DNA from: Mantamonas sphyraenae STR306
Taxonomy: Eukaryota > Protista > CRuMs
Length of the DNA: 64,000 nt
Direction: 5' to 3'
NCBI GenBank assembly: GCA_026936335.1
Contig: JAPMXV010000027.1
Location: forward strand, 161,533 to 225,532
The notes below the pieces were generated by a model. It was not told where the DNA came from, did no database searches, and was given only the letters and a program-made list of their open reading frames with translations. Below are positions 10,101 through 22,100 of this stretch, in pieces. The position numbers and the translations under genes were made by a program. The first letter of the stretch is position 1, and each line of letters opens with the position of its first letter.

Positions 10101-13100
10101 ATGGTAATCGACGACAACGGCTACACCGGCAGCGGAGGAGTGCTATCCACCTCTGTTCAAATGGCGCTTGGAGTCAATGGTGCAAACGATGCTCCGGTGG
10201 TCAATCTGCCTGCCACGCAGAGTGTGGCTGAGGACGTGGATCTGACCATCAGCGGCATCTCCATTGCCGACTCGGACATCGGTGCAAACCAAGGCCGCGT
10301 CCGATTGAACGTCAGCCATGGCGTACTCACCGTGGTTTCTACCTCGGGTCTGTCGTTCAACCTCGGTGATGGATCTGCAGACACGGAAATGCAGTTCACC
10401 GGGACCATCACGCAGCTCAACCTGGCGCTGAGCTCAGTGATTTACCGCAACAACATCGACTACAACGGCGATGACACCATTCTCGTGGAGGCCAATGACC
10501 TGGGCAACACCGGCGTGGGTGGAGCCCTCACAGCTTCCCGCACGCTCACCGTCCAGGTGACGCCTGTGAACGACCGCCCTGCCATCACACCTGTGGGTGG
10601 AGTGAACGTGGACGAGGACACGGATCTGACGATCGTAGGTGTGCAAGTGACCGATATCGACGTCCTTGACGGATCGATGGAGATGAACTTGACGGTGACG
10701 CATGGTGTGCTGACGAGCGTGAACGCAGGCGGCGTGACGTTTGTGTCTGGCACGAGCAACGGAGGACGCAGTCTGGTGCTGAACGGCACGGTGACGGCGC
10801 TGAACGCGGCCATCGGGCAGGTGGTGTACCACGGCGACCTGCACTTCTTTGGCAGCGACTCGCTCGAACTGAGCGTGCGCGACAAGGGCAACACGGGAGC
10901 CGGCGGTGAGCAGACAGACAGCCAGAGTGTGGCGATCACTGTGAATGGTGTGAACGACGCGCTGGTGATCACTCTGCCGAGTGCACAGAGTGTGGCTGAG
11001 GACACGGATCTGACGATTGGTGGCATCAGCGTGAGCGATGTGGACGTGGCCGGATTTGCGTTCCGAGTGAACGTGAGTGTGAGCGCAGGCAGCCTGTGGC
11101 TGGGCAGCACGACGGGTCTGACGTTTGGCAGTGGCGACGGAGTGAACGACACGTGGATTGTGTTTGACGGGTCGATCACGGCTGTGAACGCAGCACTGTC
11201 GAACATGGTGTACCGTGGAGTGACACAGTACAACGGAGCAGACGGGCTTGTTGTGTGGGTGTCTGACCAGGGAGCAGTCGGCAGCGGTGGTGAGCAGGTG
11301 TCGAACAAGACACTTGTGATCAACGTGGTGGCTGTGAACGACGCACCTGTGCTGAGTGTGCCTGGGGCACAGAGCACGGCCGAGGACACTGCGCTGACAG
11401 TGAGCGGCGTGAGTGTGGCGGACGTGGACGTTGCGGGCGGAGCGATGAACGTGAACGTGAGTGTGAGTGCTGGCCGAGTGTGGCTGGCGAGCACGAACGG
11501 CCTTGTGTTCAGTGCAGGCAACGGCAGCAGCGACGGACGGGTGGAGTTCAGCGGCAGCGTGACGGATGTGAACAACGCGCTGGCGACAGTTGTGTACATG
11601 CCGGACAGTGCGTTCAACGGAGTGGACAGCATTGTGGTGAGCGTGAACGACGGTGGCAACACGGGCAGTGGCGGAGTGCTTGGAGACAGTGGCAGCATTG
11701 TTGTGACTGTGTCGAGCGTGAACGACGCGCCTGTGCTGAGTGTGCCGAGTGGACAGAGCGGCGTTGAGGACACGGATCTGACGATTGGTGGCATCAGCGT
11801 GAGCGATGTGGATGCCGCAGCTGGACTTGTGGGCGTCAAGGTGGCCGCTGCACAGGGTACAGTGAGTCTGGGATCGCTGTCTGGAGTTGTGTTCAACGCT
11901 GGAGACGGCGTGCGTGACGCATTCATCGATTTCAACGCCACGTTGACAAACGCCAACGCCGCGCTTAACAACCTGGTGTATCTGGGAAGCCAGCATCTTG
12001 TGGGTGACGACGTGATCGCCATCAACGTGACCGATTACGGAAACAGTGGCGTTGGAGGTGCACTGAGCGACAGCGCAAGCTTCGTCGTCACCCTCAGCGC
12101 AGTCAACGACGCACCAACCGTCATTTTGCCCAGCTCCCCGTCGGGCAACGAGGATTCAAACATTGCTGTCGCCGGCATCAGCGTGAGCGATGTGGATGTG
12201 GCAGACAACCTCCTGGCGGTCAACCTGACTGCCGGTTCAGGCACCCTCAGTCTTGTCACTTTCGACGGCATCTCGCTTACTGGAGCCAGCACCGGTACAA
12301 ATGACGCCGTTCTTGCCTTTGCGGGCAACATCACTTCGGTGAACAACGCTCTGGCGAACATCCTGTACCGTGGGGACGCCAACTTTAATGGCGTCGACCA
12401 AATTGTGGTTGGCGTGGAAGACGGTGGCGCTGTTGGCACAGGTGGCTCTCTCTACGCACAGGCATCGTTGGCCATCACCGTCAACGGAGTCAACGATGCC
12501 CCGACACTGCAGGTGCCTGCGACGCAAAGTGTCCTCGAGGGCACGACCGTCACCATGGCCGGACTGACGTTGTCGGACATCGACGCCGCCAGTGGAACCA
12601 TGGAATTGCAGCTGCAGGTGACGAGTGGTCTTCTCACGCTGAATGGTGCCACGACTGGACTGACTTTTGTCACGGGCGGGCCGTCTCTGAATGCTCTCAT
12701 GGTTTTCCGAGGCACGCTCTCTCAGCTGAACACGTCGGTGAGCAGTCTGGTGTACGAGCCTGCGCAGTATTTCAATGGTCAGGACACCGTCAGCGTCTTG
12801 TTGTCGGACCTCGGCTTCACGGGCATTGGCGGCACTCTGTCCACGCAAGGGTCGTTCAACATCACTGTGACCCCGTACAACAACGCACCGACCATCGCTG
12901 TGCCCGGGGCGCAGAGCACCGAAGAGGACACCCTTGTCAACATCGTGGGTGTCAGCGTCTCCGATATTGATGCAGGTGCCACTCCGGTCAGTGTCAACGC
13001 TAGCGCCGCAAACGGTGTCATTGTGCTCGCCTCTACAACAGGCATCACATTCACCACGGGCGACAACTCAGGAGTTGCACTCATGCGATTCACCGGCACG

Positions 13101-16100
13101 TTGACGGATGTGAACACGGCTCTTGCCACTCTGGCGTACACTCCCAACAACAACTACTTTGGTACAGACACCATCTCTGTGGGCGTGAACGACAACGGAG
13201 GCACAGGTGAAGGCGGGCCGGCAAGCTCTGCCAGCTCGTTCACCGTGCTCGTCAATGCAGTCAACGACAACATGAACATAACGGTTCTGGGTGCACAAAC
13301 AGTCAACGAAGACACTGATCTGACTCTGTTTGGCATCACCCTGACGGACCAGGACGTGGGCACGAACGAGATCCTGGTCAATTTGACCACGAACATCGGC
13401 ACCCTTACTTTGTCCAACACAACCGGGTTGACGTTTCTATCTCGGCAACGGGACGGCAGACTCCAACATGCAGCTCTTGGGCTCGCTGGCCATCATCAAC
13501 GACGCCCTGCACGGAGCCGTGTACCGCAGTTTGCTCAACCAGAACGGCGCAGACACACTGGACATTTGGGTGTCCGACCGTGGCTTTGGCAGCGCGAATG
13601 GCACTGTGACCATCAGCCAGAAAGCGCAGATCATCAACGTGGCCCCGGTGAACGACGCACCTGTGCTCACACCCAGCCCTGCCTCGGTTTCCGTCGATGA
13701 AGACAGTCAGCTTACCCTGTCTGGCATTTCCGTCGCAGACGTCGACGTGGCCGCGTCCTCTCTTTTCTTCAACTTCACTGTGTCCAGGGGCTCACTTTCG
13801 CTGGGAAGTACGACCGGTTTGTTGTTCACCCTTGGCGCCGGATCAGGTGACAAGGCCATGCACTTCACCGCCACCACAACCCAGTTTGCAAGTGCCATCG
13901 CCGCAGCTGGCCTCGTGTACCAACCGGACCCGAACTACAATGGAGTGGATGTCCTCCACCTCCTCGTGTCCGACCAGGGCGCAACAGGCTCCGGTGGCGC
14001 TCTCACGGATACCGCTACAACCGTTATCACAGTCAATGCGGTCAACGACGGACCGACCGTCGTCGTGCCGAGCTCCCAGAGCGCTGTGGAGGATGTTCAG
14101 TTGACCATTGCTGGCATTTCAGTGTCGGACATTGATGCAGGCGCATCGCTGGTGACCGTCAACGCGAGTGTCTCCAACGGACAGATCTGGCTTCGAAACA
14201 CGACTTCCTTGATCTTTGCGCTTGGCAGCGGATCTGCAGATGTGGATGTGCGCTTCCGTGGTACGCTCACCGCCGTCAACGAGGCCTTGAGTAGCGTGGT
14301 CTACCTGGCACAGTCTCACTACAACGGAGCGGACACCCTCGTGATCAACGTCGATGACAACGGCAACAGTGGCTCCGGTGGGTTGCTTACAGCATCCGCC
14401 TCCGTTCCGCTTTCCGTCGCTGCAGTCAACGACGCCCCGGTGTTGACGGTGCCTGCTGCCCAGAGCACGAATGAGGACGCAGCGCCCCTGGTGATCTCGG
14501 GTATCAGCGTCACCGACGTGGATGCGGGAGCAAACGCGATGCAGTTCAACATGTCCGTGTCCAGCGGCACCATCACGATTCCTACAACCGCAGGGCTCAC
14601 CTTCGTTGTCGGTGACGGTGTCAACGACCGATTTGTCTCGTTTACGACCTCAATGACCAACTTCAACACCAGCATGACCACGGGAGGCGTCGCGTACTCG
14701 GGCGACCTGAACTTTGAGGGAACGGACACCTTGCTTGTAGTCGTCAGCGATCTCGGCAACACCGGCGGCGTCGCTCTGACAAACACAGGCTCTGTCACCA
14801 TCACGGTCAATGCTGTGAACGACGCCCCACTCATTACTGTGCCTGGCGCCCAGGTGGTAAACGAAGAGTCCGACCTGCTGGTGTCAGGCATCAGCGTTGC
14901 AGACGTCGATGTGGCAACCGGCTCCATGTCCTTCAACGCCAGCGTGTCCAACGGTATCATCCGCCTCGGGTCATCGGTGCCCTCTCTGACCTCGATCAGT
15001 GGCAACAACTCTGCGTCGTTGTCGTTCACCGGCTCGCTCACGGCGCTGAACAACGCCCTGGCCACGCTTGTGTATCGTGGCAGTGTGAACTTCCAGGGCG
15101 TGGACACGCTGCTCTTGGGTGTGCGAGACAACGGCAACACGGGAAGCGGCGGTGAGCTCAGTCACGCTGCCTCTGTTTCTATCACCGTGGCGGAAGTTAA
15201 TGACCCGCCCGTTCTCACAGCACCCTCGAGTGCAACTGCCAACGAAGATGTTGACGTGACCATTGGTGGTGTGTCTGTTGCAGACCCGGATGTCGGTGGT
15301 GGCCTCATGTCCTTCAACATCAGCGTGAGCAATGGCGTGCTCACGCTGCCGAACCGAAACAGTGGTGAAGTTTTCGTTGTTGGCGACGGCGTTCAAGATG
15401 GAACCATCCACCTGCTGGGCAACGTGACCACAATCAACGCGGTGTCCAGCGCCATTGTCTACCGCGCCAATGAGAACTACAACGGACCGGATACCCTCAG
15501 CGTGTTTGTCAGCGATCGTGGACACTCCGGCTCTGGTGGAGCTCTTTCGGATTCCGCGAACGTGGCGATCACGGTTGTGGCCGTGAACGACGGCCCTGTG
15601 CTGAGTGTTGTGTCTGCACAGAGTGTGGCTGAGGACGTGGATCTGACGATCAACGGCATCAGCGTGACGGACGTGGACGTTGCAGGCAACGCATTCCAGG
15701 CGAACGTGAGCGTGAGCCAGGGTGTGGTGACCGCAGTGACGACGACGGGCCTGACATTCAGTGTTGGCGACGGTGCGTCGGACGCGACGATGAGCTTCAC
15801 GGGCACGCTGACCCAGGTGCAGACTGCACTGGGTGTGCTGGTGTACCGCGGGGCACAGGATTACAACGGCGCAGACACGCTTGTGGTGCGCGTGAGTGAC
15901 CTGGGCAACGTGGGTGTGGGTGGAGAGTTGACAGACAGCGGCAGCGTGGGCATCACGGTGACGCAGGTGAACGACCGCCCTGCCATCACACCTGTGGGTG
16001 GAGTGAACGTGGACGAGGACACGGATCTGACGATTGCAGGCATCACTGTGACGGACATTGACGTGGGCGGAGAGTCCATGGAGATGAACTTGACGGTGAC

Positions 16101-19100
16101 GCATGGTGTGCTGACAAGCGTGAACGCAGGTGGCGTGACGTTTGTGTCTGGCACGAGCAACGGAGGACGCAGTCTGGTGCTGAACGGCACGGTGACGGCC
16201 CTGAACGCGGCCATTGGGCAAGTGGTGTACCACGGCGACCTGCACTTCTTTGGCAGCGACTCGCTCGAACTGAGCGTGCGCGACAAGGGCAACACGGGAG
16301 CCGGCGGTGAGCAGACAGACAGCCAGAGTGTGGCGATCACTGTGAATGGTGTGAACGATGCGCTGGTGATCACTCTGCCGAGTGCACAGAGTGTGGCTGA
16401 GGACACGGATCTGACGATTGGCGGCATCAGCGTGAGCGATGTGGACGTGGCCGGATTTGCGTTCCGAGTGAACGTGAGTGTGAGCGCAGGCAGCCTGTGG
16501 CTGGGCAGCACGACGGGTCTGACGTTTGGCAGTGGCGACGGAGTGAACGACACGTGGATTGTGTTTGACGGGTCGATCACGGCTGTGAACGCAGCACTGT
16601 CGAACATGGTGTACCGTGGAGTGACACAGTACAACGGAGCAGACGGGCTTGTTGTGTGGGTGTCTGACCAGGGAGCAGTCGGGAGCGGTGGTGAGCAGGT
16701 GTCGAACAAGACGCTTGTGATCAACGTGGTGGCTGTGAACGATGCACCTGTGCTGAGTGTGCCTGGGGCACAGAGCACGGCCGAGGACACTGCGCTGACA
16801 GTGAGCGGCGTGAGTGTGGCGGACGTGGACGTTGCGGCGGAGCGATGAACGTGAACGTGAGTGTGAGTGCTGGCCGAGTGTGGCTGGCGAGCACGAACGG
16901 CCTTGTGTTCAGTGCAGGCAACGGCAGCAGCGACGGACGGGTGGAGTTCAGCGGCAGCGTGACGGATGTGAACAACGCGCTGGCGACTGTTGTGTACATG
17001 CCGGACAGTGCGTTCAACGGAGTGGACAGCATTGTGGTGAGCGTGAACGACGGTGGCAACACGGGCAGTGGCGGAGTGCTTGGAGACAGTGGCAGCATTG
17101 TTGTGACTGTGCTGAGCGTGAACGACGCGCCTGTGCTGAGTGTGCCGAGTGGACAGAGCGGCGTTGAGGACACGGATCTGACGATTGGTGGGATCAGCGT
17201 GAGCGATGTGGACATTGCGGGCAGTCTGCTGCTGGTGAACGTGAGCGCAAGCCAGGGTGTGGTGACACTGGGCAGCATGAGCGGCGTGACGATTGTGGAC
17301 GGAGCAGCATCGGGCACGAAGGATGTGCGCTTTGTTGCGACGCTGACAAACGCAAACGCGGCGCTGAACAACATTGTGTACCGTGGAGACGCGGAGTACA
17401 ATGGAGGAGACACGATCACGGTGACAGTGAACGACCAGGGCGCTAGTGGCACGGGCGGAGCACTGGGTGACACGCGCACGATTGGTGTGAGTGTGAGTGC
17501 GGTGAACGACGCGCCTGTGCTGACTGTGCCTGGACCGCTACAGGTGAGTGAGGACACTGGGCTCACTTTCAGCGGTATTTCCGTCTCAGATCTGGACGTT
17601 GGTTCTGGACTGCTGGAAGTTCGTTTGAATAGCAGCATCGGCGTCATGTGGCTGATCAACAATGGCGGACTGGTGTTTACTTCCGAGTGCACAAACGGTC
17701 GCAATTGCAAGTACATGCGCTTTCAAGGTACATTGACGCAGGTATCTGCCGCTCTCAGTCCCATGTTCTACGAGGGAGATCCTCAAACATTCGGAGAGGA
17801 AGCACTCGTTCTACAAGTCTCCGATCTTGGAAACACTGGGTTTGGTGGAGAAAATGTGGTCAAAAGCGCCATCAACATCACGGTGGTGAATGTGAATGAC
17901 CTTCCAGTGCCAATCGTTCCCAGCGTTTTCACTGCCTTTGAGGATACACAACTGAACATCTCGGGACTCTCGGTAACCGACATCGATTCGACGACCCAGT
18001 ACATTAATATCACCGTGGAACATGGAACCATTCAACTCGTTCAAACACAAGGATTGGCAATTGTCGAAAACGTTAACGGAACGGAATCGATCAACGGAAC
18101 GAATCAGATTCTCAAATTCTATGGAAGCATTACCTCCGTCAACAATGCCATCCACTCGTTCCTGTACAACCCACCACCAGGGTACAGCGGCAGCGACCTC
18201 ATTCTCTTCAACTTCCACGACCAACCAGGTGCTCGTGAAAACGTTGAAACAGAAAACATACAACTGCCCATCTACATTACCATCCTGGCAGTCAACAACG
18301 GCCCTGTGCTGAGTGTTGTGTCTGCACAGAGTGTGGCTGAGGACGTGGATCTAACGATCAACGGCATCAGCGTGACGGACGTGGACGTTGCAGGGAACGC
18401 ATTGCAGGCGAACGTGAGCGTGAGCCAGGGTGTGGTGACCGCAGTGACGACGACGGGCCTGACATTCAGTGTTGGCGACGGTGCGTCGGACGCGACGATG
18501 AGCTTCACGGGCACGCTGACCCAGGTGCAGACGGCACTGGGTGTGCTGGTGTACCGCGGGGCACAGGATTACAACGGCGCAGACACGCTTGTGGTGCGCG
18601 TGAGTGACCTGGGCAACGTGGGTGTGGGTGGAGAGTTGACAGACAGCGGCAGCGTGGGCATCACGGTGACGCCTGTGAACGACCGCCCTGCCATCACACC
18701 TGTGGGTGGAGTGAACGTGGACGAGGACACGGATCTGACGATTGCAGGCATCACTGTGACGGACATTGACGTGGGCGGAGAGTCGATGGAGATGAACTTG
18801 ACGGTGACGCATGGTGTGTTGACGAGCGTGAACGCAGGCGGCGTGACGTTTGTGTCTGGCACGAGCAACGGAGGACGCAGTCTGGTGCTGAACGGCACGG
18901 TGACGGGGCTGAATGCGGCCATTGGGCAAGTGGTGTACCACGGCGACCTGCACTTCTTTGGCAGCGACTCGCTCGAACTGAGCGTGCGCGACAAGGGCAA
19001 CACGGGAGCCGGCGGTGAGCAGACAGACAGCCAGAGTGTGGCGATCACTGTGAATGGTGTGAACGATGCGCTGGTGATCACTCTGCCGAGTGCACAGAGT

Positions 19101-22100
19101 GTGGCTGAGGACACGGATCTGACGATTGGCGGCATCAGCGTGAGCGATGTGGACGTGGCCGGATTTGCGTTCCGAGTGAACGTGAGTGTGAGCGCAGGCA
19201 GCCTGTGGCTGGGCAGCACGACGGGTCTGACGTTTGGCAGTGGCGACGGAGTGAACGACACGTGGATTGTGTTTGACGGGTCGATCACGGCTGTGAACGC
19301 AGCACTGTCGAACATGGTGTACCGTGGAGTGACACAGTACAACGGAGCAGACGGGCTTGTTGTGTGGGTGTCTGACCAGGGAGCAGTCGGGAGCGGTGGT
19401 GAGCAGGTGTCGAACAAGACGCTTGTGATCAACGTGGTGGCTGTGAACGACGCACCTGTGCTGAGTGTGCCTGGGGCACAGAGCACGGCCGAGGACACTG
19501 CGCTGACAGTGAGCGGCGTGAGTGTGGCGGACGTGGACGTTGCGGGCGGAGCGATGAACGTGAACGTGAGTGTGAGTGCTGGCCGAGTGTGGCTGGCGAG
19601 CACGAACGGCCTTGTGTTCAGTGCAGGCAACGGCAGCAGCGACGGACGGGTGGAGTTCAGTGGCAGCGTGACGGATGTGAACAACGCGCTGGCGACAGTT
19701 GTGTACATGCCGGACAGTGCGTTCAACGGAGTGGACAGCATTGTGGTGAGCGTGAACGACGGTGGCAACACGGGCAGTGGCGGAGTGCTTGGAGACAATG
19801 GCAGCATTGTTGTGACTGTGCTGAGCGTGAACGACGCGCCTGTGCTGAGTGTGCCGAGTGGACAGAGCGGCGTTGAGGACACGGATCTGACGATTGGTGG
19901 GATCAGCGTGAGCGATGTGGACATTGCGGGCAGTCTGCTGCTGGTGAACGTGAGCGCAAGCCAGGGTGTGGTGACACTGGGCAGCATGAGCGGCGTGACG
20001 ATTGTGGACGGAGCGGCATCGGGCACGAAGGATGTGCGCTTTGTGGCGACGCTGACAAACGCAAACGCGGCGCTGAACAACATTGTGTACCGTGGAGACG
20101 CGGAGTACAATGGAGGAGACACGATCACGGTGACAGTGAACGACCAGGGAGCAAGTGGCACGGGTGGAGCACTGGGCGACACACGCACGATTGGTGTGAG
20201 TGTGAGTGCGGTGAACGACGCGCCTGTGCTGACTGTGCCTGGTGGACAGAACGTGAACGAAGAGACCGACCTGACGATCGGCGGTATCAGCGTGGCAGAT
20301 GTGGACGCAGCAGCCGGTGTGGTTGCCGTGAACGTGAGTGTGACGTCTGGTCAGATGTGGCTGGGCAGCACGAGTGGCCTTGTGTTTGGTGCTGGCAACG
20401 GCAGCAGCGACGCAACGGTGCGTTTCACGGGCACGTTGACCAACGTGAACGCGGCGCTGACGAACCTGGTGTATCGTGGCAACGTGAACTTCCAGGGCAC
20501 GGACAGCGTGGTGTTGAGTGTGAACGATCTGGGCAACACGGGCGCGGGTGGAGCGCTGGGTGACAGTGCCGTGATTGTGGTGACTGTGGCCGAAGTGAAC
20601 GATGCGCCTGTGCTGACGGCACCGGCCACTGTGAGTGTGAACGAAGACACGAGCAGTGCCATTGGCGGTCTGAGCGTGGTCGATGGCGACGTTGGCAGCG
20701 CGCGCATGCAACTGCGTCTGAGTGTGTCACAGGGTGTGTTGAGCCTGGGTAGCACAAGCGGACTGTTGTTTGCTGTTGGTGACGGCGTGTCTGACAGCAC
20801 GATTGAGTGCAACGGCACGGTGACGGATGTGAACGCGGCTTTGGGCAGCGTGACGTACGTGGCAAACAGCAACTACAACGGAGCGGATACGCTGGCTGTG
20901 TTTGTGGACGACCTCGGCAACAGTGGTCTGGGAGGAGCACTGAACGACACGGCGAACGTGGCGATCACAGTTGTGGCTGTGAACGACGGCCCTGTGCTGA
21001 GTGTTGTGTCTGCACAGAGTGTTGCTGAGGACGTGGATCTGACGATCAACGGCATCAGCGTGACGGACGTGGACGTTGCAGGGAACGCATTGCAGGCGAA
21101 CGTGAGCGTGAGCCAGGGTGTGGTGACCGCAGTGACGACGACGGGCCTGACATTCAGTGTGGGCGACGGTGCGTCGGACGCGACGATGAGCTTCACGGGC
21201 ACGCTGACCCAGGTGCAGACGGCACTGGGTGTGCTGGTGTACCGCGGGGCACAGGATTACAACGGCGCAGACACGCTTGTGGTGCGCGTGAGTGACCTGG
21301 GCAACGTGGGTGTGGGTGGAGAGTTGACAGACAGCGGCAGCGTGGGCATCACGGTGACGCCTGTGAACGACCGCCCTGCCATCACACCTGTGGGTGGAGT
21401 GAACGTGGACGAGGACACGGATCTGACGATCGCAGGCATCAGTGTGACGGACATTGACGTGGGCGGAGAGTCGATGGAGATGAACTTGACGGTGACGCAT
21501 GGTGTGCTGACGAGCGTGAACGCAGGCGGCGTGACGTTTGTGTCTGGCACGAGCAACGGAGGACGCAGTCTGGTGCTGAACGGCACGGTGACGGGGCTGA
21601 ATGCGGCCATTGGGCAAGTGGTGTACCACGGCGACCTGCACTTCTTTGGCAGCGACTCGCTCGAACTGAGCGTGCGCGACAAGGGCAACACGGGAGCCGG
21701 CGGTGAGCAGACAGACAGCCAGAGTGTGGCGATCACTGTGAATGGTGTGAACGATGCGCTGGTGATCACTCTGCCGAGTGCACAGAGTGTGGCTGAGGAC
21801 ACGGATCTGACGATTGGCGGCATCAGCGTGAGCGATGTGGACGTGGCCGGATTTGCGTTCCGAGTGAACGTGAGTGTGAGCGCAGGCAGCCTGTGGCTGG
21901 GCAGCACGACGGGTCTGACGTTTGGCAGTGGCGACGGAGTGAACGACACGTGGATTGTGTTTGACGGGTCGATCACGGCTGTGAACGCAGCACTGTCGAA
22001 CATGGTGTACCGTGGAGTGACACAGTACAACGGAGCAGACGGGCTTGTTGTGTGGGTGTCTGACCAGGGAGCAGTCGGGAGCGGTGGTGAGCAGGTGTCG

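Larger units (their letters stand above)
2..10184 (+). repeat. Diverged tandem domain array (~26 units of ~384-390 nt), conserved at protein level only
   Basis: ND[A/P/E/V/G]P-type starts at approximately 116, 500, 893, 1277, 1661, 2045, 2435, 2810, 3200, 3584, 3968, 4352, 4736, 5126, 5516, 5918, 6302, 6686, 7074, 7458, 7842, 8226, 8614, 9003, 9399 and 9795. Confidence 0.9.

Noticed and set aside
11448-11470. (GTGAAC/GTGAGT)n microsatellite- or telomere-like hexamers
   Set aside because: They are simply the codons for the VNVNVSVS beta-strand under the array's GTG/AGT codon bias.
7040-13445. Tiny spliceosomal introns explaining the frame changes
   Set aside because: Domain spacing across the junctions stays at about 384-395 nt, leaving no room for an intron.
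17382-17390. RGD integrin-binding motif in each E domain (YRGDA) and a few others
   Set aside because: It is a variant of the structural consensus VYRG[N/D/A], so it is expected by chance and there is no evidence it sits in an exposed loop.
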